A stretch of 64,000 nt of DNA. Origin: Phoronis australis. Its lineage: Eukaryota > Animalia > Phoronida. The notes under the pieces were generated by a model. The model was not told the DNA's origin, ran no database searches, and saw nothing but the letters and a program-made list of their open reading frames with translations. Positions 1 to 11,098 of this stretch are shown one piece after another. Position numbers and translations under genes: made by a program. The first letter of the stretch is position 1, and each line of letters begins with the position of its first letter. The stretch spans positions 448,102-512,101 of the forward strand of contig NMRA01000079.1 of NCBI GenBank assembly GCA_002633005.1. The letters run 5' to 3'.

Positions 1-2
1 GG

Positions 3-105
3 GTTCTATGCAGGTAGGGTATACACGGCTTGTGATTGGTCAGTTCTATGCAGGTAGGGTATACAGGGCTTGTGATTGGTCAGTTCTATGCAGGTAGGGT
101 ATACA
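3..105. repeat. 40-bp tandem repeat running into the assembly gap
   Basis: Unit GTTCTATGCAGGTAGGGTATACA(C/G)GGCTTGTGATTGGTCA, ~2.6 copies before the Ns. Confidence 0.9.
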
Positions 106-605
106 NNNNNNNNNNNNNNNNNNNNNNNNNNNNNNNNNNNNNNNNNNNNNNNNNNNNNNNNNNNNNNNNNNNNNNNNNNNNNNNNNNNNNNNNNNNNNNN
201 NNNNNNNNNNNNNNNNNNNNNNNNNNNNNNNNNNNNNNNNNNNNNNNNNNNNNNNNNNNNNNNNNNNNNNNNNNNNNNNNNNNNNNNNNNNNNNNNNNNN
301 NNNNNNNNNNNNNNNNNNNNNNNNNNNNNNNNNNNNNNNNNNNNNNNNNNNNNNNNNNNNNNNNNNNNNNNNNNNNNNNNNNNNNNNNNNNNNNNNNNNN
401 NNNNNNNNNNNNNNNNNNNNNNNNNNNNNNNNNNNNNNNNNNNNNNNNNNNNNNNNNNNNNNNNNNNNNNNNNNNNNNNNNNNNNNNNNNNNNNNNNNNN
501 NNNNNNNNNNNNNNNNNNNNNNNNNNNNNNNNNNNNNNNNNNNNNNNNNNNNNNNNNNNNNNNNNNNNNNNNNNNNNNNNNNNNNNNNNNNNNNNNNNNN
601 NNNNN
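106..605. other. Scaffold gap (500 N)
   Basis: Run of exactly 500 N with a different tandem repeat on each side. Confidence 0.99.
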
Positions 606-815
606 ATATCCACAATTCTCTAGCTAAAGTTAGACCCTGGGAATATCCACAATTCTCTAGCTAAAGTTAGACCCTGGGGATATCCACAATTCTCTAGCTA
701 AAGTTAGACCCTGGGGATATCCACAATTCTCTAGCTAAAGTTAGACCCTGGGAATATCCACAATTCTCCAGCTAAAGTTAGACCCTGGGAATATCCACAA
801 TTCTCCAGCTAAAGT
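606..815. repeat. 37-bp minisatellite
   Basis: Unit ATATCCACAATTCTCTAGCTAAAGTTAGACCCTGGG(A/G), ~5.7 copies, cut off by the gap. Confidence 0.95.
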
Positions 816-887
816 TCTAAAGTGAGCAGTCACGACTTGTTATTTTTGGTTTGCAGTGTAGACTGGAGGATTTTCCCACTGAAACGT

Positions 888-901
888 GTTACCATGGAAA
901 C
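888..901. promoter_or_regulatory. Candidate RFX X-box
   Basis: GTTACCATGGAAAC matches the GTTNCCATGGNAAC consensus; function not shown. Confidence 0.25.
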
Positions 902-1273
902 ACTTTGTTGTTTTAGTTCAAACGTAACTGTCGTCGCTCAACCTAAGCTATGCAGACTTCCAATTTGGTCACATTTTGGCATTTATGACATACGCGACGG
1001 TCAGGTTGTTTGCAGTGCAAGTGCGACCATTGTGTCATACATTTGCTGAAACTCTAACGACACCCAACAATTCTTGTAACCTGTAAAACAAATAACAGCC
1101 TCATTTCACTGCTTTGTTTTTGTCAGATATGTGTGATGCGGGTGCATGATTTTGGCAACCAAATCTCTACAATAATATTGCTTTTAGATACTTTAACATG
1201 CTTAAAAGTATTATCACTGGACATGTCGATGTTGTTTTAATTCGTAATTCAGGATCATTATTTTTGACCGCAG

Positions 1274-1424
1274 ATCAGCAGAATGTCTGTCAAACGTGCA
1301 GCTCCACCTGCAGGGCATGTGCTGAGTCGGCCAATCACTGTATATCTTGTTCCGAAGGTAAAATTTTACTGAACGAGTTCTGTGTAGAGACCTGCCCAGC
1401 TGCGACATTTGCTTCGTCTGAGGG
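1274..1424 (+). CDS. PCSK5-like exon (FU repeat)
   Basis: cag|ATCAG...GAGGG|gtgagt; DQQNVCQTCSSTCRACAESANHCISC. Confidence 0.85.
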
Positions 1425-4400
1425 GTGAGTGTTCAATGCACTACATATTATTCTCATCACTTGCATTTAGTTTGCACTTTCACCCACATTAAAGCCAAAT
1501 GCTGAACTACCTCTGAAAATCCAGTTTTCGTTCGCAATTTGTGGTGGAACAATTTTTTGGTTCTTTAATACAGCGAATGAGCATTCCAAGATGGTGTTCC
1601 TAAATAGTATTCCTAAATAGTATCCCTGAATAGAATTCCTAAATAGTGTTTCAAAGTAGCATTCCTAATAGTATTCTAAAATAGCGTTCCTTAAGAACAT
1701 TCATAAGTAACATTGATCCTAAATAACGTTCCTAAATAGCATTCTATTAGAATGTTAAACTTTCTAAAGTACCTTCCTAAATAGCCTTCTGAAATAACAT
1801 TCCTAATTACCCATGGTAACAATGTGTATCAAATGGAGTTTATTGATTGATTCAACATGGAGATTGGCAACTCCCAACTCGATTTATTTCCCTTGTTCCA
1901 AGTTTGTGTTGTATGCGACTTTGGAATGTTACCCATTTGATAAATTTTGTCATTTGCAACAGCAAACGCAGTGTAGTATGATGAGGGGTCATTGTATGTG
2001 TCTTTCGTCAAAACATGAAATTTCTTGGTGATCAGTAACGTTTTTGCTGTTTTTGATGATCAAGACTGTTTGTTGTTTGTTGTTTCTTGATGTCTAAGCC
2101 TGTTTTTGTTGTTTCTTGGCGATCAGACTTGTTTTTTGTTATTTCAGCCCGACATAGGAGGTCTGATATTCTTTGCATGAAATCATTTTAGTGTTGGTGG
2201 AAGGAATATAAATATTAATAAGTGAAAATCAAATGATTATGAGAACCAATATTTTGTTGCCGAGAGCGACAACAACATCTTGTTATTACTCGTTGTTTGC
2301 TGCAAGATATTGCAGGTTTGTGGTCGTTGGCTGTATTAATACATTTAAGTTTCAATTCTACAAATTGCAGCTGTGAGTAAGCAGTTGGGAATATCTGAAG
2401 CTTTCAAAACCTTTTGGTGTATGTCTGCTTACAAAACACTGCCGTACCAAGTGCACGGCAAAGCCTCACTTTGTTTTAAAGCGGCTAAGTATACACAAGC
2501 GTTATATTCAAAAAGCATACTTATTTAGTCCACTTTTCACCGTAAAAGTGGTCTTGGTTTCTTGCTCAGATGAGAATTGATTTTTGGTCTTTCAAAGAAC
2601 TGATAGTTCTTAATAGCTTGAGACCATAGTCGTCGCATCAAATGACACGCCTTGACAAGTCAACTTCTAGATATTGTATCAACCAATGACAAACTGTCAG
2701 TTCCTTCTAAGTCCCAAAATTGCACCTTTTCTTATAAAGAACACTTTGAGACCTATTTCATAATGGTAAGTGGTCTGAAGTTGGTGTTTGTGACGGAAGG
2801 TTGGTTTATTGCCGAGTTAAGAGCTTTGGGAGATTTTGTTGCATGTTTTGCTTTTTCGTTTTGCATGTTCTGTTGTCACATGGCCTGGTGATGTTCATTG
2901 TAGCTGTAAGCCGTGTCCCGTTGGCTGCTTGAACTGTAGTGGGCCGGCAGATGGAGACTGCCTGCTCTGTGCTCATGGTTCTTTCTTGTTGAATGGCAGC
3001 TGTCTGTTTGAATGTGACATGGATGGTTACTATGAAGACAACCAATCAGATGTCTGGATCTGCGGAAGGTAGGCTTAGAGGCTGGGTTACATAATGTTAA
3101 TAATTTATGCGTGCTAGGCATTCCATGTTGGATTTTGGTTGGATCTCTTTACATTTCAGACTTTTTACTGAGTGTGTGAGTATTTTGGCTTGTCTAGTAA
3201 GTCCAGGAGACTTTTTAAGCAAATCATAGTATGCCCCTGGAAATCGCTTCACACATTCACTCCATCCTATCCATCCACTGCTAAGACTGACGTCTGGGTC
3301 GGATTCGTGAAAAGTGACTCAAGTGAAAGATTTGGTCTTACACTCCTCATGACTATTTCTGAACAATAGTATTATCTCACTTGAGCCAAAGTGCAGAGTC
3401 TCAGAATATGCACATAAAGTTTCTGCTAATTCCACTTTTGCATACTAAGATGTTCTCACAAACAGGACTTTATGATTTTTGAAGAAAAAAACTCAGAAGT
3501 TCCATAAAATGAAAATGAAATGATAATTAAGGAACCTGTAACTGCATTAATTTTTTTGGATTTCATCTTAGTTATGGCTGTTTATGAAATTCATTAGTAA
3601 CTGCGCTTTTCCCAATGTTCCAGGTGCCACCCCTCCTGCCTGACCTGCACTGGATCCAATGAGACTGACTGTTCTAGTTGTGCAGACGGGCTGCCAGCCC
3701 AGGAGGGTAGGTGTAGCCGTGTTTCTACTCTGGCCCCAGGGACCTCATCACAGGCACAGTGTTCTCCAGGTAATATGCCTAAGACTGGAGCAAAATATTT
3801 ATCTGCCTGACAATAGATGGCACCACAATTTCATATTTTAGTCATTGTTTAGTGAGAGTGAATTAAATGTTTATTTGTTTAAAAGTTAAGCCAAATTGGC
3901 ATTTTCAAAGGTTGTTTAACGCAGAGGGTGTAAATGACTGGTATTTACAAAATGTGTATGGAAATCATCTTTTGAGAGTGAAAATCGACTGTTTGGAAAT
4001 AAATATGCTTAATAGAAGGAGGACGTTGTCTGCCAAAACAGAACCACGTTTTGTATAGTACTATGCTTTTGAAAAATGTTTATAGTTATGGGCAATTCTG
4101 ATATTATTTGTGAGATTGTTTAGTATATCAATGGGGTGTCTTAGATTTCTTTCTGTATTCTAGGGTTATTCCTTGGCGTTGAATCATATCTTGCCATAGT
4201 CCTAATTATTCATTAGCGTGCATGTAAGACCACCGTAGGCCAGTGCTGGTGAGTCCACATAGAGATTACTTCACGAGTCAGCGTAACCCATAGGAACAAA
4301 GGCTAAACGTCACGTAATTTACAGCTGCCTATCTAACTTACGCCTTGCCTATGGACATGTTTTGCTTGTCTCGTTCATTAAAGTCGAGGGGAAAAGCCGC

Positions 4401-7400
4401 AACAGTCATTTAGGCGATTAGTCATTGTTAGCTTTTCAAAGCTGATGTATGCTTAAGCTATCGAAATTTTAGTTTTTAATAAATGTGGTGGTAGAGTATA
4501 GAGAGCGCAGAGTTTAGTAAACCAGTTCCTAACATGGTTAATTGGATATTCAGGTGTTGTATTCACTTGAAGCGTTGTGAAGTGCCTGCAACACAAAACC
4601 ACTCTGGTCTGATTATGTAACACTGTGAATGTGATGATAAAAGTGAGTGTACCTAAGAGCAAATATAGCTACCATGAAAAGGTTGCCACTGTCATGAGAA
4701 CTGCCGTGTATGACTGGGCCTTGTGTTTGTATCATGATAGGTATGCCATGAAAAGGTTGCCACTGTCATGAGAACTGCCGTGTATGACTGGGCCTTGTGT
4801 TTGTATCATGATAGGTATGCCATGAAAAGGTTGCCACTGTCATGAGAACTGCCGTGTATGACTGGGCCTTGTGTTTGTATCATGATAGGTATGCCATGAA
4901 AAGGTTGCCACTGTCATGAGAACTGCCGTGTATGACTGGGCCTTGTGTTTGTATCATGATAGTTATGCCATGAAAAGGTTGCCACTGTCATGAGAACTGC
5001 CGTGTATGACTGGGCCTTGTGTTTGTATCATGATAGTTATGCGTTGTGACCCTTAACTGTTTTCAGACAATCGTAATATTCTTTAAAATGAACTTAAGCA
5101 TGGTGTCTTTAAAGTTGATGGGCCCGAGTTGGCGAAAAAGAAGTTTAAAACTAAAAAACGAACGTTTCGTAAGCTATACATTGATAGAACTGTGGTCTTT
5201 ACTGTGGGTATAAAAAATCTTAAGCTTCGTGTCGACCTTGACCTTGCATTTGCTAATGATAATCACAGAAAATTGTATCGTATTCTCTAGAAATATCTGA
5301 AACATTGACAATCAGTTGCCATGGTTGCCCTTGAGGTGTTCTTGGATAAAAATTCTAAGTGAAAACTAGTTTCCATTCCAAACAATCCAAAACCGATCAA
5401 AAATGGTAAAAACAAAGATTCAATAACCGAAATGATGAAGTTCTTATTTATAAGTACATTCACACATGACAGCTGCTCAAAATATCTGCATACATCATCA
5501 GAGGCGTGAAGTACATGTATATTAAAGAAAAGTCTATGGTTAAATGGCATCCAAGTATTCATCATGTGACCAAAAAGACAACAAAAGCTACCGAACCTGG
5601 GGACTGTGTGATGATTTGGATTTTTGAGCAGTGTCTGTATGTTAGAAAACAAAAGTTAATTGTTCTCTAGAACTAATCAGATTTTTTGGCTTTTTGTTGT
5701 CATTAGCTGATCAGAAATCGATATGGGTGTTGGTATTATATCTGGTTTGTGTCTGGTATTATATCTGGTTTGTGTCTGGTATTATATCTGGTATTGTGTC
5801 TGGCATTATATCTGATATTGTAATTAATGTTTGCAACTGTCTGGTAGCCAAATGTTTAAGGATGCACAAAAATTATTCAACTCTACTTTTTGCAGGTCAC
5901 TTTAAGGATGCGTTTGATGATTGCCTACCATGTCACTACAGTTGTAATACGTGTGATGGTGCCATGTCGTCAGATTGTATTTCCTGTAAGGATAACTACA
6001 CACCATCAACGGACACGTCACTCGATGACGATGATGACACGAGAGTTACTTGTAACGAGTGTCACGCGACATGTAAAACATGTAGTGGACCCGGTGCTGA
6101 TGAGTGTACCTCGTGTGTGGGGAGTTCCTCACTAGAGGGCGGCAGGTGTGGGAATACATGCTCTCAAGGGTGGGTTGAGTTTATAAACGAAAACTAGTTC
6201 GTTGTCAGTGCACACACTGCACTCACATTAGAATTGTAATTTTTATGTTGGAACACTTACTGTGTATTTTAGTGGCTTGAATTTTGGTTTTGCATTTGAC
6301 TGTAAAAATAATTCAAGTTCTGAAGTAGCACATGTAACGAGGAAGTTGTAGACGGACATCATTTTTAGCGTGTTTAACCTTAACACAACTTGTTTTGTCT
6401 TGATCCAAAGGCGCGTGCGGTCTTGCTTCCACAAAATGTACCGTGGCAGTATTTCAGCTCGTGTGTCTGACTGGAGAAAGGGTTTGGCATTTGGATTCTG
6501 TTGAAGAACATAAAATAAGTATTTCAAGTTGTATTTATGATGAATTAATTTGTTCAGGACAAAAAATTTAATTATTGATAAAAGGGGGAGTTGTGTCTGT
6601 AATTTTGAAATGTTTTTAATGACCAAAACCTTGATATCAAAATTAGGGACACTGTTCTCAATTCTTGTTTGGTTTATAATTGTTTTATGAAAAGTCATCT
6701 GTTTTCAGGGAATACAAAGAATCTGATGGCTTCTGCTCTGTCTGCCACAGCTCGTGTCTGGAGTGTTCCGGTAGTCATGACAACGAATGCTTGGCCTGCG
6801 ATGCCTCGATGTACCTGCATAGTGGCAGATGCATGGACAGCTGCCCCGAGGGTTACTATGGCAATGGCGGCCATCATTGTCTTCAGTGTGACCCATCCTG
6901 CAAGACTTGCTCAGGTTTGTCTCATTAAGTTTGGAATTTATTGCTAAGGTGGCAATAAACCCATCTCCCTTTGTAATAAACATACTCTGGTTGAGACCAC
7001 ATGCCATCATGAAAGTGATCTCAATTATTCCTTAGTCAAACTTTTTCTGGTTTGCGGGCTTGCGAATAACTAACAGTTCATTATTGCTTGAGACCGGGGC
7101 TCTTTTCAAGAAAGTGACTTAAGCTCATTTTTTACCTAGCAAGTCTAAGATTTGTCTCAACTTCCAAACTTTGAAACTTGCACACTCAGTAATAGTCAAA
7201 ACTGAAACAAAACTAAGAAGTAAAAAATAAAGTCAAACTTAAGATCTCTTTTTTGAAATGGACTTCAGACAAATTTAAGTTTTATGATCTTAAAATTGAC
7301 TTAAATGTTAGATTTATCTTAGCTAAGTCAGTTGGTTGTCACAACGTGTCTTTTTATGCACCAAGTATGGTTTCAAGGAATAACGACCTGTCAATTCCAT

Positions 7401-10400
7401 GCAATTTAGAAAATCACTTCTCAACTTAATGTGAAACAAGTTGAGTATAGCGGCAAGTGACCTAAATCAAAAGTTTGTTTCTTGAACGGAATGCGAGTTT
7501 TTGCCACTTTAAGTAGTCTGAAGAAGTAAATTACTATATGATTGTTTGTTTGCGTAACTGTTTTGAGCAGAAGTTAGTTGAAACTGTGGCTGATTTTATT
7601 CCTTCCCAGAATCTCCCGAGTACTAACATACATAAATGCGCAGAGAGTGAGTCATTACACGTATTATCTTAGCTGGAAGAAGAAGTGTCTCCCCTCGGGA
7701 GTTTTCTGCGCTAATTTATGTACCTTATGTCCATGTTTACCCATAATTCTTTCCAGTGAACAACATCACAGTTTCTGAATACAAGGATTTCTGTTACTTG
7801 CTGATCTGTTGTTATTATGGTCGTCTTTCACCGATCCTGCGTGAAACGATCATACCTTCATTAATTCATACATGTGACGGGCCACACTATCAGTGGCCAC
7901 CAAGGCTTAGTTTGCCAATGCATTCGCATGTCTTAGCTTGTCACACTAACTCTGGTTTTTGGCTTTATTTGGAAAGATTTCGTCTCGCTTCTGGGTTCTT
8001 ACGTTCACTGGCCTTTGCCTATCCTATTTTCGCGTGCATGTGCGATCAGTGAATACATTGTTTGTATTACATGTTTTTGGGATGTTGCATTATTGCAAAT
8101 TGCAACACTATCTTCTAAGTGGTCATAAACCAACCTTCTGCTGCCAAGGAAAAACAATTGATTAAAACGACTTTTCGCTAATGAATTTGGTCGTCACTTG
8201 CTCGATCCTTACTCAGATGAGAAGTGATTTCTGGGCTACGGAAGAGTTGACCCCCTTTTTCCCCCGTTTCAGATAAGTCCCGTGAGACCTGCTTGTCATG
8301 TGCCAATGACCTTCAGTTGAAGGAGGGTCAGTGTGTGACCAACGGTCGTCAGGAAGTGTGCTCCTCTGGTCATTATTACGACTCGTCCCTCAAGGTAAGG
8401 CATACCCAAGACCTATACGTGCCCTCTGCGGGCTTTACACTGAGACATCACAGAGCCAATACATTCCTTCGTTTACCTTACATCAGGGCAGCCATGATGG
8501 GGTTTATGTAAAGGATTCAGCAGGCTCAAACTAAACCAAACGACAAAATACATTGTTTTGAGAGTGGAGACAAGCATAATGTTTTATTTTCTTATTACGC
8601 AATTGTCTTTTAACAAAGGACTAGGTGTGGATAGGTGGCCACATGTTCTACTCGATTATTCATGGCTCACTGCACACAAGGGGGTAGCACTGGTTTTGTT
8701 ATGAATGCAAAATGGAGCATATTGCAAGCTTGCAGAAAACTCTGTAACGCTCAAATTGCTAGAATGCCTATTAAAACATAAACTCGTCAAATAAATGTAC
8801 AAAATTAATGTGATACGCAGTGCGTTCATACATTTTACAGAAAATTTTGTCTATACATGGAAATCTTCTTTCTGTTTACAGACGTGTCACTTATGTGACA
8901 TCAGTTGCAGTAAATGTGTGGGAGGTTCAAGTACCGAATGTACTGAGTGTGACAGCGACTACATTCTGACCAATGGTAAGCAAGACAAATACACTTATGT
9001 CCAAACAACTTCTTCTGGATGGTAAAGTGTATTTTACGTGACGAAATTAATTTTTCCATCCAAAAAGGTATTTATTACCGGACAGAAATTTTTGGTATAC
9101 TTGACTGCTGATGCCTTTCAGAGGTCTTCACCAGGTGGCGCTGTGCACATTATGTTATGGCAGACTGGGCTGAGTTTGTAAGCACCATCATCAGGCTTCA
9201 AAATCTGCTCTAAACTGTGATGAGGACACTTACCCACTAAGCCCAGTCTACATCATACTGTACGCAGTGCCACCTTTTGGGTTCTGAGGAAGACATCAGC
9301 TAAAGCGAAAACCAAAAGTTTCTGTGAGATAACTATGCATTATTGGATGGAAAAATTGATTTTGTCAGAGTAGTTAAAATTAATATTAATTTTTGGGCTC
9401 CAATCAATAACTGCATCATAAATTATTTGAAATAATTATATCTGGAAAGGCAATGCAAACCCAAGCTTTGACTGAACTCGGTAAATCATTCATAAATAAG
9501 ATTTGGATGGATAATGTCATTTAAATGCCAAGTTCTTTGCAAAACTGAGAAGTTATTAGTGCAGGTTGAAAACTGAGGTACTTTCCTGGATTCTCTTACT
9601 CATTTCCGCAATCTACCTGTATTGGTTGGTTTTTCTGAGCTCAAAACGCTGGTCAGTGTACGAGCAAAGTTTGTTATATCAATCAATCAATCAATTTATT
9701 TCTGTAATAAAGGCCATAGGCCCACTGTACAAAAGAACAACATGTAACAAACTTAAGAGTGCAGCAAGCTATCACGGATACGAAAAGCGTAAAATACGTA
9801 CATCTAACTAATTTAGCATGCATCCAAGGATCTGTTGACTAAGACAGCCAGGGTTTGTTAATAGGCCATGATGTAGACTGTATTGTGCATTTATTTAGTA
9901 CTAGTTATGGAGAGGTTCTGTATTGCCTGATTATTGGCTGCAATGTCTCATAATATTTGAATCCGTGCACAAGCATGAAGTTAGTTCAAATCATCTGTTG
10001 TTGCATTATCTCTTAAAAAACATTAAGTTAAAGATTAATTTTCTGTCTCAGCTCATGAATTCTGGTTAGTCGTTCAGAATTCAGGTGGTCCTTCTGTCAC
10101 GATGAGTTGAATTGGGCTTGTCCCAGTGGGTAACTAAGATAGCTAGGATTTTCTATTTTACTGATGTCAAACAATTTGTTAGGTGAATTAAGAGCCAGTC
10201 AATAGTAAAATGTTATTATATTGTCGTTAAAATTAATAACAGATATTTGAACGGGAAACCGTGTGGTTTTTAAGGTGCTACATTTTTTACTCACATCTCA
10301 AAAACTTTGTTTTTGTGCAAATACTGTTGGTATTGGTCAGTGCTGTATCATTTCAGACGATAATCTACGAACCATTTCAACTGTTTTAGGTGAGTGCCTT

Positions 10401-10889
10401 TCTATGACGAGCGCGGAAAATCGTGATAGTGGGTACAACCTGGCCACTACAGTTTCACCCGCACACACGCAAAATGCCAAGCCACAGCTTATCGAAAATG
10501 AATCGACCAATCAGGAAGAAGACAGTGATGATGACATGGACAACTACACGACAAACGATAGGACCCATAATTCTGTTGATCACGCTAGGATACGAACTGC
10601 GTCCACCATCAACGTTGAAAAAACAATCCACCTGGAGAATCCACCATTGACACAAGAGGGCGACTCTGTGTTGACGTCTCATCCTAAAGCTATTTTTGTT
10701 ATCGTGATGTGCTGCGTTCTGGCGACAGCAGTGTTTTTCACTGTGTTTGGCATCTTACAGGCACGGTCACACGGTAAATGGTGCTTCAGAAGTGTTGGCT
10801 ACCAAAAGGTGCCGACACTGTACGATACAGGTCGCGATCGTATTCTACTAACACCTCATGATTTTGACGATGAGGACGAGATATTTTAA
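1274..10889 (+). CDS. PCSK5/furin-2-like protein, C-terminal part: furin-like Cys-rich repeats, TM helix, cytoplasmic tail (5' end outside window)
   Basis: join(1274-1424,2904-3068,3624-3769,5896-6169,6709-6914,8273-8394,8882-8975,10390-10889); all GT-AG, phases consistent, ~551 aa visible. Repeated CxxCHxxCxxCxGxxxxxCxxC motifs; TM AIFVIVMCCVLATAVFFTVFGIL; tail with YQKV, DRILL and acidic DFDDEDE. Confidence 0.85.
1595..1810. repeat. Degenerate ~13-bp tandem repeat
   Basis: Many variants of TTCCTAAATAG(T/C)A. Confidence 0.7.
2904..3068 (+). CDS. PCSK5-like exon (FU repeat)
   Basis: tag|CTGT...GGAAG|gtaggc; CKPCPVGCLNCSGPADGDCLLC. Confidence 0.88.
3624..3769 (+). CDS. PCSK5-like exon (FU repeat)
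   Basis: cag|GTGC...CCAG|gtaata; CHPSCLTCTGSNETDCSSC (not in the ORF track). Confidence 0.88.
4672..5042. repeat. 74-bp minisatellite, 5 copies
   Basis: GGTTGCC recurs at 4681, 4755, 4829, 4903 and 4977; copies nearly identical. Confidence 0.97.
5896..6169 (+). CDS. PCSK5-like exon (2 FU repeats)
   Basis: cag|GTCAC...CAAGG|gtgggt; CLPCHYSCNTCDG...CNECHATCKTCSGP. Confidence 0.9.
6709..6914 (+). CDS. PCSK5-like exon (FU repeats)
   Basis: cag|GGAAT...TCAG|gtttgt; CSVCHSSCLECSG...CPEGYY. Confidence 0.9.
8273..8394 (+). CDS. PCSK5-like exon
   Basis: cag|ATAAG...CAAG|gtaagg; DKSRETCLSC...CSSGHYYD. Confidence 0.88.
8882..8975 (+). CDS. PCSK5-like exon (last FU repeat)
   Basis: cag|ACGTG...AATG|gtaagc; TCHLCDISCSKCVGGSSTECTEC. 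Confidence 0.88.
9039..9367. mobile_element. Foldback / palindromic MITE-like element
   Basis: TGACGAAATTAATTTTTCCATCCAAAAA pairs with TTATTGGATGGAAAAATTGATTTTGTCA; internal arms also pair (GCTGATG/CATCAGC, AGGTGGCGCTG/CAGTGCCACCT, AGACTGGGCT/AGCCCAGTCT). Confidence 0.75.
10390..10889 (+). CDS. PCSK5-like terminal exon: stalk, TM helix, cytoplasmic tail
   Basis: tag|GTGAG...; ends DFDDEDEIF-TAA. Confidence 0.88.
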
Positions 10890-11063
10890 TGTGTGATAAA
10901 TTGTAGGCGAGTGTTTTATACAAGTTGAACAAATAGGTATTTTGGGGCCAGAAAATTCGATCGAACTTTATTGAATACCAGTGATTGATTTATTGAAACC
11001 TCATTTTTGCATTCTGCTGTGATGTCTATAAGCTCACCACCTGTCTTGAATGACCCCACCGAT

Positions 11064-11098
11064 TGTTTGTTTGTTAGTTTGTTTGTTTGTTTGTTTGT
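11064..11098. repeat. (GTTT)n microsatellite in the presumed 3' UTR
   Basis: Run of GTTT units with one variant. Confidence 0.85.

Noticed and set aside
36-627. Long ORFs at the start of the track
   Set aside because: Artefacts of translating the 500-N gap
7094-7268. Possible Harbinger-like MITE (similar weak case at 19718-19850)
   Set aside because: TIRs too degenerate and no TSD could be confirmed by eye
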